DNA from: Tubiluchus corallicola
Lineage: Eukaryota > Animalia > Priapulida
DNA length: 64,000 nucleotides
Assembly: GCA_030141605.1 (NCBI GenBank)
Contig: JAQGDQ010000144.1
Coordinates: 62,001-126,000, forward strand
Direction of reading: 5' to 3'
Under the pieces are notes generated by a model that worked only from the letters and a program-made list of their open reading frames with translations, did no database searches and was not told where the DNA came from. Position numbers and translations under genes: made by a program. Of the stretch, positions 50,801-64,000 are shown piece after piece; position 1 is the stretch's first letter, and each line of letters begins with the position of its first letter.

Positions 50801-51665
50801 CTTCAATCTGTCAATAATAACAAAAATAAGCTTAGTTAAAGTAACAAGGTGAATTAATTTGGCTGAAACCACGCATAATGCTTCGTGTTTAAAAGGGAGG
50901 GAAGTGTCAATGATGATCTTTAAAATCATTGACGATTATTATAATTAACATATTTATCTCTTGTTTTTGATACAGGCTTATAGGCAGAGTACCAGGTCTT
51001 GCAAAGAGAAGTAGTATAACGTAAAAGTTTTGGTAGCGTAAGTCGCGCTTTATGATAGTACCTATTTTTTGCAATTTGCAGAATTTGACCATTTTCTGCC
51101 TCTGCTGGCAGCTTTTTATAGACGAAACAACTCCTAGATGAAATATTTTAAGCTGCATAGCGTTCAAACTGTATTCTTCTCCGAAACCCATTTTTAAGGT
51201 AATACTATAAGGGTAGATTTTTTAGTCGGGCTACAGCGATCGTATTTTCCAGCCCATGTAGTTATAATACATGTATAATGGAAGAGAAAATAACCATATA
51301 AAAAGACATTAGTTGTGGCGTTTCATAAATGATGAAATGAACTTAACAGTTTGGCAGCATCCACATTCACCAAAGACAAAGCAACGTATAAGTTTCCCAA
51401 CATCATAAGCATTGGACATAACCGCTGTGCATTGAATTGCTCAAGCCTATATATGATAATAAAAATGTTAGCAAACTAACTCTACGAAGGTTTCTATGGG
51501 AGGAGTCGTTGTTATGTAAAATTAAAACTGTCGGCTATGACAAGTAAATTGTGTAAGAATCAAACACCTGTATTATAACAAGTAAAGGCATTTCTGAAAT
51601 GCTTGCAGAGCTTATGAAAGGACTAGTCTTTCTGCTGCTCACAGGCTTACCATTGACGTTTATAT

Positions 51666-51688
51666 ACACACACACGCACGCACTCACG

Positions 51689-51748
<60 letters not shown>
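51666..51748. repeat. (CA)n microsatellite
   Basis: Read directly from the sequence. Confidence 0.95.
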
Positions 51749-51752
<4 letters not shown>

Positions 51753-53281
51753 AAATTTTTCTCTCGGGCGTCTTATCTGTGTACGTCTCTCTTCCAGAAA
51801 GAATCGTTTCACAAAAAACTATAGCCTCACTCGATTCAGTAATGTATCAGCACATATCTTCTAACACTTATAAGTTATAAGAATTCATTTTTATTAGTAT
51901 TAACTTTGCTAACTAGCTTTCTATCAGTAGCAAGTTAGTTATAAGAATACTTTTTCTTGAATAGCCATACATTGGGTCTTGTTTGGGGCACTTGTTTATT
52001 ATTTGATATTATACTCCATTGCATAGGATTAGGAAATGCTTATCAGATTTCATTATCCTGTCATACAAATGTACAGCTAACAAGTAGCCATATTTTTTAA
52101 ATATTTCATATAATGTTACATGTTTGACTTTTGCTTTACTATTTAATTTGTTAAAATAATTAATATATAATGAGTCATTACAATTATGTGTGTATTACGA
52201 TCTTCTTTTCATTAAAAGTAAACGCAATATAGTTTATTTTTCTAAAGAATATTGTAACTATAATTATTTATTGATGAATACTGTATACGACGCAACAGCT
52301 AAAAACGATTTTAATTTTTAAATTGAGATTGATACCAACTGAGTGAATCAAAACTAAAAAAGTAATTAGTAACCTGTTATTAGAAAACAATCTATACCTT
52401 TTGCATTATTGCAGGTTTACCTTTTTTACTATTTCTTACTTTTACCTTTGATTTTTACCTATTACTTTTTTTACTTAAATTTGTCATTTTTATCTATTGA
52501 CTTTTTTACCGTTTTACATATCGTTGGTCTTTTTGCGTTTCATTTTCTTCGTTTGTTGTCTATTGACTTATTTACTGTTATTTATTAATGCCGTTTTTTG
52601 CTGTGCACAGTTTTCTGTCATTTTCTGCCAACCCTTCTTGTCGTTAATTTCCTTGTTTTTGTATTTATTACATAAATCTATTACATATAAGGTTAAACGA
52701 CGGCAAGTCTTCACTACTGACCGAAAATGCTACTTCACGATTTGCTTCAGGGCGAATTGTGGCCTCATCCATTTTATACTTCGTGAGAGTACGTATTTAT
52801 ATTATTATGCCAACACAGACTTAGTACGGGTTACTATCGAAGAAATACGAGGTACCGTTATGAAGTTAATCGCCTACAAGTCTTTATCTATTAAAGGGGT
52901 TGGTCCTAGCATGTTCTTGAGAACCTTTTTAGTGCGCCTACTACGCTTTACGGTATACACTTATACTAAGCGATGGATTACAAAGACAGTCTGCGCATGC
53001 ACTAAATCTAGTTGACTGACCATGACCACTTAAAGCAATGCGAATGTTCATAAGTTGCTTAAAAATTATTGTACTCTTACCTTTCTCAACAGTGTGTATC
53101 TATGTTGATTACTAAAATATTTACTAGCCTAAGCAGAGTAATTCCCAGCTAGTTTCCTGAAAGCACTGAAATTAAAAGCATGACAAGCCAACCCGGAAGC
53201 GTTAAATTCTACAACAGTTAAACCTGGCGAAAGTTTAGTCAGAGTTGCTGAGTGAGACTCAGTGAGTGACCGCGAAAATGG

Positions 53282-53890
53282 CGTGAATTGCGCTGACACA
53301 ACTACGCGTATTAAAATCGTTCAATCGTGACAGAACAGCTTGTTCGTAATACATATATATATACAATCTACACATGCCAGTTCAAGTGTCCTACACAACA
53401 GTATTGAGTAGAATTAAAATTATTGAATGATCCCAGTATTGATGTAACACATTCTTACAACATTAGGTGCAAAATAAAATTGACGTTTCTGTGTCAAAGA
53501 TATTGATAAGATCCTGTTTCAGTTACGGTTAATGCTTTATGCTTTGTTTTGTATTAGTAGTAAATAAGACGTTGAATTGGTGTCCGTGAATTGCGCTGAC
53601 ACAACTACATGCATTAAAATCGTACAATCGTGATAAAACAGCATCTGCTTAATATACAACCTGCACATATGCCAGTTCAGCTGTCCAACACAACAGCACT
53701 GAGTAATATATAGTATGAATAAATCCCAATATTGATTGTCTAAACGTGCAGCTTACGCAACATATGCATACTGCATTTAGGTACAAAATAAAATAAACTA
53801 GTTTACACTCTTGTGTCAAAAATGTTGATAAGATACTGCTTATGTTACAGTAATTACTTTATGTTTTATTTTGTATTAATATTAAATAGA
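53282..53890. repeat. Diverged tandem duplication, period about 303 bp
   Basis: CGTGAATTGCGCTGACACAACTAC at 53282 and 53585, with colinear similarity downstream. Confidence 0.85.
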
Positions 53891-54965
53891 GTATTTGAAA
53901 ATAGCAACAGGTGCATGTTGTCTGTGAACATGTATATGTAGCTGGTTTAGTGTTTCACAGTCGGTTTATCATTCTGTTGTGCAAATCAAGCTCGCAACTA
54001 TTCTAGAACTAATGTTTTCTCCTACTGTCAGAATTTTGTCTTCACTGATCAGAATTAGCAATCCTTGATTACCCAGAAACTGGATTTCATTTCAATGAAA
54101 TATGAGTTGCTCTTTAATTTACCTTGAAATGTCGTTAATATATTTCTCTCTAGGTCGCTTTTGCTTTAAATGAAATCACAGTACTTGGTTACTTAGTAAT
54201 TGCACTTCTTGTCAATAAAATCCCGAGTTGTTCAGTAATTTATCATTGAAATGACCCTAACAATTTGTTGATAACTTTTTCGTCTTCGATGGATTTTTTC
54301 CCAGTTTGCACCTAGTAGCGGACTGCGTGGGATTAACTTTAATAATGCAAGTACTCATTTGCCAATAGAATTCTCAATACATACATGGAATAATTTGCGA
54401 AATGAAATAGTTAATGAATGAAGATTATTTAGTGTCAAGCTAAAAATTATAAACTTTCTACCATACTGTAATTTTCCCGGTTTTATGTAGTCGTTTCTTT
54501 TGTCGTTGCTGTTTATTTTTTAAAGTCAAACTTTATTTTTATTCTCTATTATCAGTTTTAGTCAAATTGAAACTTTAGTAAATAATATTGCGTAATAAAA
54601 TTTATATGTTATAATGTCATACCAGTGTAAGCACCATGACTTGGTTGTTGTATGTCCGTCATCAGTTTGAGTGATATTTTGAAATGATTTTTATGCGTTT
54701 TATAGCGTATTTTGTGTAGGAAATAGTTTGAATAAACAAAATAAAATAAATAAAAATAAAATAACTTATGTTATAAATTACCATTCAGTTGTTGCTCAAC
54801 GTTCGAAAAATACGCCACAATTTATTTTATGTAATATTTCTTCTAGTAAAAATGTTCCTATATGCACTTATATTTAGCCCTGTACAAAAATTAGCCAGTC
54901 CCACCTAGTCACGTACCAAAATTGTGGACCTAATTTAAAAACTGTAGGAATAAGGGGTCACAGTT

Positions 54966-55043
54966 TTCTTAGGCTTATCTCTTCCTAGTTACCTTTACAA
55001 ATTTCATCAAGTAAAGGTAACTAGGAGGAGATAAGCTTAAGAA
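54966..55043 (+). repeat. 33-bp-stem hairpin with a 12-nt loop
   Basis: TTCTTAGGCTTATCTCTTCCTAGTTACCTTTAC / GTAAAGGTAACTAGGAGGAGATAAGCTTAAGAA. Confidence 0.9.
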
Positions 55044-58000
55044 TAAAATGAAGACCATGGGCTATATTGATCAAAATTTTAATGTAAATGCGGTTGCCCC
55101 TAGGCCCCTACCTGGGAAGCATACCAAGCTGTGAGTTTGATGGGCCCTATATACCCTTTTGCAGATGCGAGTTGCTAAAGATAAAACTTTTTATTTAAAA
55201 CCGGAGGTAAATCAAGAAGATTTTGATAATTTTGGCACAAAACACAACACATACATATGTATATAAAATAAATATATTTGTGCGTTATTTTTCTCACGAA
55301 TATAGCTATCGATGTTGCGTTAATAAAACATAGACTGCTAAAAGGTTAAAATCTCAGAATTTTATGCTGAAATGTGCTTCTTTACCGGGAGGAGGCTCAT
55401 CTTCTAAATGGCGGCAGAAATCATTCACGAGGAACTGCACGAGGAATTTTGCCTCGTGTCCTCACTGTGAAATACGCCATAGAAAACAATGTTCCATTTT
55501 CGTGAGTAATATCGCAAGGAATTTCTCCTCGAGACATTTTGTTACGCGTCCTCACTCTGAAATGGACCTAACTCTAGGAAGGAGGTGACGTTTCGACTGA
55601 CCTACACAAGTGTGTTCGTAGACCAGGACAGACCTCATCAAAGGGGAGTCAGTCAAACAAAAAATAATTGCTAGTTACAACTTATTATTTGTCATTTACT
55701 CATTTGTTTATAGTTTTATCGTTTTAGTTTTATCTCACTTTGTCGAAAACTAATGGTTATGTGACTGCAATGTCTCTAATAAAATGTAAGCTGTGATTCA
55801 AAATTATACACCAACCTACAGTGGTTTACACATTATGCGATTTCAGTCGCAAAGTTCATAACGAACTGTACGAGACAGTTTAAATCAATTTAAACCATAA
55901 AGTCCATTTGGAAGTTTAAAAAATTTAATATCCTATCAAACTGTATTGAACACATGTTATAAGTTTACGTGCGTTCGATCATTACAAGATTACAGAAATG
56001 ATGGTAAGGGCGACGACGATGTTTATGATGATGATGACGATGACGTGACGTTGACGACGATTATGACAACATTGACGACGGCTATATAATAATGATGGTT
56101 CACCTATAGAAAATAGATGTACTGTTGATGACTGTGCTAAGCAATTTCATCTGATTAATGAAGCTTCGTTGCGAACGCGTATCAAAATTTATGCTAAAGC
56201 ACAGGTTTTGAGAACTATGTCGCGTGCGCGGATTAGAAATAAAAAAATTTGCGGTGCTGCGCACGGTTTAGGTTTGTTTTTTTAAAAATATTTTAGAACT
56301 TTAATCTTCTTAGCTCTTTACAAAAAGGGGGAAGCAATTGTTGGACGACTGAAAATCCCGGTGTTTTAAAGTTCAATTCCGCATTTCGGGAGGTGCAAAT
56401 ATGTGATTAAAATAAAGTTTGTTAATATCGAAATTCCGTTCATAGAAAACAAGAACGATAAAGGTAAATGAAAAAGAACGACTACATGATAATGGCAATC
56501 CGAATAAATACAGCTATATGCTACGTTTAAACAGAAAGAAAATTAGAGCAAAAATGCTACGAAATAGCCAGTGGCGAAGTTAAGTTGATGATTACATCAA
56601 GTGAGCATGAGTGAAACAATTTACATAAACACTACAAAATACAAATATAATGACTACACACCGATAACTGGGCACGGATCCCCGATAAGGAGGAGTGCCA
56701 TAACGCAAACGATTATACGGCTAATTGAGTACAAAACTAGTTTACTTTGAGTTAAATGTATACTATGAAAAAGGTTTGTTAGGAAAGATACTTGTAACCA
56801 CAAATAAACACTTTTATTCGAGAAGCCTAGTTCTCGACAGCCTAATGTTAATGATTTACTAGTAAACGGCTTACACTGTTATCCATTTCTTTTTCCGTTT
56901 TGTTTCTGTCAGTGCAGTTTCTATTGTGGGCCATTTATCACCAGGTAACATAACCTAGGCCTAACAAGAGCAGTGGCCTACAAAAATGACTTTATACTTA
57001 TTGAGCCCTTTTATTTACAATTGCGACATTGTTAATTGCCATGTAAAGAATCATCTCATCTTGTTCTTGCACTTAGCATTGCTGTGCTGTTAGTTTCTTA
57101 TAATTTATGAGCAAATGTGTATATTCTTTATGTCGTTAGTTATTATAGTTAGTATAGTGGCCATCCAGTTTTTACACACTCAAATTAGGTCACGTGACCT
57201 AAATTGGCTTTCCTAGAATATATAAAATATTTCCCCTGCTTTCTCTCTTCGCTCTTCAACTTTTTTTAAACTACTCTGGATGTAGCCAACGAGTACCTTG
57301 AGTATCTTTAGCCACGTACAGGGCTCCCGGCCCAAGTGTAGTTAAAATAATGCAAATATTTATTGTGTGATGGGTCAACCTTGTCTTATCTTAGCACTCA
57401 CGCAACGCTTAGGATATTCTGTTGTCGCAATGGTAAACATTCTTACGTATGGATTTTATATTGTAAATTAGTAAATAACAGTTTATTTTTTAAGATGAGA
57501 TTTAAGCAATTAAACACGAGTCATATGGCTCATAAAACAAAGCAAAACAAAACAAATAAAATGCTCAGAAAGAACAGTAGATTGAAATTTAAAATCGAAG
57601 TCCAAATTCAATAGACTATTTGCTCAGAATGTTTTACAATACTTAAATTTACAATTAAAACACTTCAATATTTTTTGCTGATTCCACGACATATCTGTGA
57701 AAAATAAATAAACGGAAGGAAGATGGCGCTTTCATGCAATAGGCGCGGTTATCTAAGTTCTATTTTGGGACGTGCAGCCAGAGCTTGTGATTTTGTTTCC
57801 GTATTGTCAAGCATAGGCTGTGTGGTAGCAGAATGGAGAAGGCTGGTTTGAGCCTTTGAGGCACAGCAGCCGGCGAAGTGAATATCTACAAAATTAATCT
57901 GATAAGATAAATTTTGGTTGTCTGGAAAAAACAAGAGGTAGGTACATGCACTTTCATTATAGAGCGTGTCTGGATTTTTGTGGGCATGTATTTCGATGAG

Positions 58001-60084
58001 TAGTCATTAGCTAATCTATTTTTTTATTAGCAGAGCAGCTAAGTGCATTTTACATGGTTTGTATCATATTTCCGATTTTGTGTTTCAAACTCATTCACGA
58101 TTGTAAACTCTGTAAACGGCCGAGGAGAATGTTAGAAACTATATTTCAACCAGTTTTATTCAAATACATACGCGTTGTGTAGTTAGAACGAAACAACAAG
58201 TTTTTGAAGTGAAGCTTGTCTGAAAAAAACGTGAAAAAGTCAGACTTTCCTGGATTTGAAACGAGAATTTTTGGATTCCAATACCGTGACGCTTAACTAC
58301 ACAATACTTTGAAATCATGTGGGTCTTACTTCACCCCAAGTCTAATACCTAAGCTTACCAACCAACCCAGTGTTTTGAATATTGATTCAGCGAAATGTAA
58401 AAGTAGGTCTAATTACCAATTGATTAGCAGGAGCAGAAAATCTTACAAATGTCCCAAGAACTAAAACTTTAAAAGTTGGTGTCCTGGTGATTGACCTAGC
58501 CCAGAGACAATTATAAAAGCACCTAAGTCGAGCTAGTTTGTGTTGCAACAAAGAGCCATAGAACACCGCAAAGATTGGAAAGGCTTAATTTCATTATTTC
58601 AATTTTTTATAATTTTAACTGTTTGCATAATATTTACAAAGAAAGGTGCTCTTGATATTTGCTTGACTCGTCATTTCTATGACTCTCCTAAGGCACAACT
58701 TGAAAACAGTCATTCTGCAAATGATCCTACCCATCTAGGCACTTCTTGTTGCCCGATGTTACGTAACTACTGAACGAAGTATGTTTGAGTGTCACAAATT
58801 AATGGAGATTTTTTCTGTAATTAACTCAGAGTCTGGAGCTGATTTAGAACTAAATAGAAGATGGCCTAGTCCCCAGCCTCTAACAGACTTTGAGAATAAT
58901 TTTTGGCAATTAACTATATTTTGGTCCCGTCATACATTAACATAATAACTTGACCTTGAATGCCGGTTATGGGCTTTTAATGGTCTCTTATTATGTCCCC
59001 AACTCGTCTTCATCGTCATCCCAGCTATATGAAAAGCCAAAAATATGAACTAGTGCAGTGTTTCTCTAGACAGAAAATTAATTAGGGCTACCACTGATTA
59101 CTTGGTAAATGACGTTTTGATAATGTCAGTGTTTTCATGAATTGTTATATTTGCGCATAGTACTTGAGATGACCCTGAGCTATATTTTCAAGCTAGGACT
59201 GGCATTTGGGGCCCGGCCCATGCTTTCCTCCACTTCTGTAGATCTAATAAGTCCGTAGGTCAATGTCTAAATATTTAATACTCTCTAATTAACTTAATCA
59301 ATTAGTAAAAATTGCGCAGTTAACTGGTCTGATAGCTGTTAGGAAAAGTTTTTGTACCACACTTGGCAAAAAAAAGAAGTGCTAAGCATTTGGTCTAAGA
59401 TTGGATTTGAACCACAGACATTGCCATTTGGGCAATTTTGCCATCACTTTGGCATTTTCTTTCTGTGAGTTAAGTTACACAATATTAAAAACCAAGTTTT
59501 GTCTTTCACTGGCAATTTTGAAATTTAAATTATAATAGGTCTCCTGTAGATGGTGTTTTGAATATTTTTTGAGATTTATGCTGTTATGTTATTCTTCATC
59601 TACTCATGGTTTATATTTGATGAGTCAATTACTACTTTCATTTATTTTTCCGGTTTTCATCTCAGCTGCAACTTCTAGGTTTCCAAGAATTCCTCACTTC
59701 TTGAACACTACATAATAATGGACTCGAACACTGAGGCAAAGCGTATTGTTTTTTCATGATTCCTTTGCGATATTACGTTTATCGTAAATCCAAAAAGACG
59801 TTAAACAGCTGGCCCTGCTAATGCTACCAGGTTCATGTAACAACAATAACATTGCGTTGTGCGCTTCCCTATGAGAGGATTGTGTGTCCATCAAGCGGCG
59901 GAATCTTGAGGTACAGCACCTACGTGGGAGCAGTGGGGGCAACTTGATCCAACATCCAAGTCTAATAAACAGATAAACGTACATGTGTACATGACATTTT
60001 GGACAGCTTACTTTTTAATACGTTCTCTGCTCAGAGCAAAAACGAGGCATTTACAATCCAAGCTGTGTCAGACGACTGTGTAAC

Positions 60085-60225
60085 TCTGTCTTGCAGCATT
60101 GGTATATATAACGCCCACTCAAGCGCCTGTTCTACAGCTTGCATGGCTTCATCTGCTCAGCTTCCAAAAAGCTATTTCTGTATTTTGAACTGCTTGCCTA
60201 ATCTCGCAACTATTTAGAACAAGTG
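60085..60225 (+). promoter_or_regulatory. Candidate TATA promoter and non-coding first exon of the twitchin-like gene
   Basis: TATATAA at about 60105, a possible donor AA|GTGCGT at 60222, and a strong acceptor ttttcag at 60878 just before the ATG. CAGCTG E-boxes lie upstream. Confidence 0.4.
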
Positions 60226-60915
60226 CGTCGTACATTATGTCGGATCTGCGTTCTTGACTGTCCGGCCTCTATAGCTTGTAACTCGCTTGCTTGCACTAGT
60301 TTAGTCTAAGTCATGTTGTGTCGCTTGCTAATGTGTATTTGTAATGCGAAATATGAATACACATTTAAGCTGCCGATTTTTTCTAAGTAATTACCTGTTG
60401 ATGCCTGAATTACTCTTTAAGTTTAATGTCATGAGTGTCACATCGTCATGCTTGCATCCGTGTACTATATAAGATGTAAAATATGTTTAGTTTACTTCAC
60501 ACTAATTACAATATCAAAAAAGTCAATACTAAAGCTGTATTTATAGTTGAAATACGTGTGAAAACAGTATAAGGCAGTACATATATATATATATATATAT
60601 ATATTCCTGTAATGAGAAAGAAAAATGGGTGAGGTGTGCAGTGTTGCAGACAAAATTGTCTAGAAGCAGGTTTTCTCATGGTCACCTCTCCATTTATGTA
60701 CCAGGTTAGGGCTTTTAAATTCAATTTCTTATAGCCACAAATCATATTACCATTCAGCTATTTAGCTGCTTTTATTGTTATTAAAATCAATGCCCCTTTT
60801 CTTGTCTTATCTGTCTCACCTCACCTCAACTCACCACCTTCTGTAATCTTATATATATTTTGTACATTTAATTTTCAGCATTGCAGCTACTAGAGCATAT
60901 CCAGTTTGAGCAGCG

Positions 60916-63423
60916 ATGGGTGTTCTTGAGGAGTTTGCCCCTACTTTCATCAAGAAGCCCTTTCTGCATCAAGCTGACGGTCGGTTAGTTATCGAATGTC
61001 ATGTCAACGCATCACCAGCACCCATAGTTGCATGGTTTAAAGGACAAGAGAGAGTATGTAATATTATATTAGTACTATAGATGCAGTGCCTTAAATTATG
61101 TTTCGTTGACTTGCAAACGTTTCTGCTGTTTGCTCAAAAAAAGCTTGAAACAACTTGTTAAACAACATTGTAGACCCATTTAAACAAAATAGTAAGCTAG
61201 ACACATAATAGCTGAAATCTCAAAAATTAATAAATTTGTTTAAGTTTATTAGCAGTAAAATGAGTAGAAGAAACCACAGTTATTTTTGTTCAAACAGGAA
61301 GAGAAGTGAATTTTTGTGCATATTTCAAAATAAATTGTACATTAAAATATCAACCAACAGTTTTCTCCCTTATTGCTAAGGCAGTGGTTGGTAGAAAAAT
61401 GATTTGACAATCTAAATCGTTTGTGCCGATGGGTAGGAAGATACTTGGTATCACTGTTAAACTCATTTGTAAAGTAATGTAGTTTATTTTGCTAAACTAG
61501 TGACTTAGTCAATACTATTTTTACCAACATTTTACAAAATACACATTATATGTATAGTTAGAACTGGTTTGATTGTGTGGCTGCATGTAGTACTGAGCAC
61601 AATGAACTAAACTTCCATGTTTCACCCAGTACTACTTGTTATTGTAAAGTTTTGAGCTGCTTGTGAAAATTTATTTATCTTGTTGTCTTTTAAGCAGATT
61701 TACTTTGTAAAATAGTTTTAACTGAATCCTATCCTTGGCAGATGATTAATAATTTCATAGTGTTATCACACACATAATTTTTAAAGGGCCACGTTAGATT
61801 GATCACTATGTATTATTTATGTACCATTTCTACTTCACACATGTTTCTTGGTTCATTTATTCATCAAGACTAATCTTGTAGTGCTATTAAATTAAACTTG
61901 TCTTGCCGATGCAAATTTAAATTCGTAAAAGCAGTTGGTACATAATGATCAGATTTGTGTAAAATTTCAGGTGAATGATGGAAATCGTTTGAAGACCAAG
62001 GTAGAACAGAATGGTGGCAATGAATTTGTTATTGCTCTTATTATCTCAAACTATGAGCAAAGTGATGCAGGACAGTATACTCTCAAAGCTCACAACAAAT
62101 TAGGAGATGCGGTTTCAACTGTCAATCTTGACTTTTCAAGTAAGTGCTGTATGATGCTATACATATTTTATTTCTTTTTATTAATATTAACAGATTCAGG
62201 TTTAAGCAACAAGGTGGTATGATGGTAGGTAAAAAAACTTTAGGTTCTACTCACTTTAAATGTAAATTATGTTGCCAAAATTTCATTAATCATGGCAAAA
62301 GAAAAAAATTTGTATCGAATTCACTGTCATCTAGTTCAATAAAGAAGAAATTTACTGTAACGTTTGAAGTCAAATATTGCATTACATCAAATTTTATATA
62401 TTTGAATCTATAAGTTATGAGTGTTGATGCTAAAACTTGATTTCTTTTACTTATTTCTATTTTCAGCTCCAAAGAAGCCACTGAAAAGGTAATTATTTTT
62501 CTTAAATCTGATAATTTTGTTATTTAATACTAGTACCATATTTTAGTTTTGATGTTTTAAGTTCAAATTTAATTTTAATTTAATTTAATTTTCTATATTC
62601 AATTTAATTTTAATTTACTGTAATATAGAAAATTGCAATTTTTAGAACTTATGAAGCGTAAATGTACTAAATGTGTGAGGCACTAAAACTTTGGATTAAA
62701 ACGAGAAAAACTCTTTCAAAGTAAAAATTATCAATCCATTTTCTGTCACAAATGTCACAAATTACTAAAATGTAAGTCATACCGCAAAATTTCGGCTGGC
62801 CTGAGCACCTTATCTAATGGTAATCTAAGTACTGTGATTTTTGACAATGATGTACATGAATTTTAGGTAATGCAAAATGATTACACTTCCATACTCATAT
62901 ATTGCATGCATTGCATTGCATTAAAATGCCTGCGTGGTTTCATATACAACCAACAACTGGAAAGAAGATGACGGTATTGGAAGAGTCAGTAAATGAGTAT
63001 CATAGAGTAAACTGAAAATGAATGAAACTAGTGGTATTTATTTCTTACACATTGCCTTGAAATACCAGTATTGTTTCGTATATAAGTTACCTACTTTGGA
63101 GTGAAAACAGGTATTGCAACAGGCAGCAAATGAGCATCATAAAGTAAAGTTAAAATGAACAAAACTAGTTGCAGATTTATTCTCGCTTTTTTTTTGCTAA
63201 AGTAATTTTCATTTTTAATTATTTATAAACAATTTTTACAGGCAAGTGGACGGTGTTCCCCCGACATTTTCTGTCAAGCCCACAGTGCGTCACGATGAAC
63301 AAAACAACTGCCTATTGTTCGCGTGTACACTTGTTGCTGACCCCGCACCTGACATTGTTTGGATGAGAAATGATGAACGCATTGTAGCAAATGAACGACA
63401 TGTCATCAACATTGAACCTGAAG
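60916..63423 (+). CDS. unc-22: Twitchin/projectin-like muscle Ig-domain protein, N-terminal exons (gene presumably continues beyond the window)
   Basis: Exons 60916-61053 (MGVLEEFAPTFIKKPFLHQADGRLVIECHVNASPAPIVAWFKG), 61971-62139 (..SDAGQYTLKAHNKLGDAVSTVNLDF), micro-exon 62467-62488 and 63242-~63423 (QVDGVPPTFSVKP..LLFACTLVADPAPDIVW). These I-set Ig domains closely resemble the projectin/twitchin N-terminus. A shorter DIM-1-like gene is not excluded. Confidence 0.8.
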
Positions 63424-64000
63424 GTACGAAACAGCTTTATTGTAGGCTGTATCAGTTAGGATGAGTTGTTCAAACTGTTTTTCAAAGCATCTGCTCTTTG
63501 AAATGCAAAGTTACAGTTTTTATAGGATGTATAAAACTACCTGTTGCTTGAAAAAACATTTTAGTCTTACCTATTTCTTTCTTTTATGTTAGGTGTGCTT
63601 ACGTATGAATTAAAAAATTTCACAGTTAAAAACAAAGTAAAAAGAAAAGACACGATGTGTCAAATTACCACTGTAGTTTGTCTTCACCTTGTATCACAAG
63701 GAATTACTGTGTGATTCTTTTGTTCTTTTTTTCTGCCAGAAGATAAAGTAATAGTTTGAAACTCCATGTTTTTGTTGTTTTTAATTATGGGATCTTTAAA
63801 TTCAGTGTCACTATTCTTGTCCTTAAAAGTTCAAGTCCTTTTATTGTGCTTACCTACAAACTAATTGCCCATTGTTGTGCTCTCTATGGTAAATTATGTA
63901 TAAATATAGTTTTTTCCCACTGACAAACATGCCGTATATTTCATGCCGTATAATATGCCGTATAGGACAAGAAAGTTTTGCAATTTTGCGGATAATATGA

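Noticed and set aside
52497-53015. 172-aa hydrophobic ORF
   Set aside because: It starts at TTG in T-rich low-complexity DNA and has no recognisable motif or splice support.

Overview
AT-rich, intron-rich animal (invertebrate) genomic DNA with three spliced protein-coding genes. (1) A large minus-strand polycystin-1/PKD1-family gene: 32 phase-consistent GT-AG exons traced by hand from 37929 down to 255, about 2450 codons, with the order WSC - PKD - Cys-rich/LDL-A-like region - PKD repeats - REJ - GAIN/GPS - first TM helix. It runs off the left edge, and its first coding exon is unresolved. (2) A complete 8-exon minus-strand GH18 chitinase-like gene (50800-43941, about 450 aa) with an atypical catalytic motif and a GPI-like C-terminal tail. 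(3) The 5' end of a plus-strand twitchin/projectin-like Ig-domain muscle gene starting at 60916. Introns and intergenic DNA hold RTE LINE pieces, SINE-like sequences, piggyBac/hAT/Harbinger-type MITEs with target-site duplications (TSDs), a Tc1/mariner remnant and microsatellites. The most unusual item is a roughly 500-bp RTE-derived element with a 16-bp TSD that carries a twister-ribozyme core at its 5' end. I found no prokaryote-type system and cannot claim a wholly new biological system. All family assignments come from motif recognition, not database searches.
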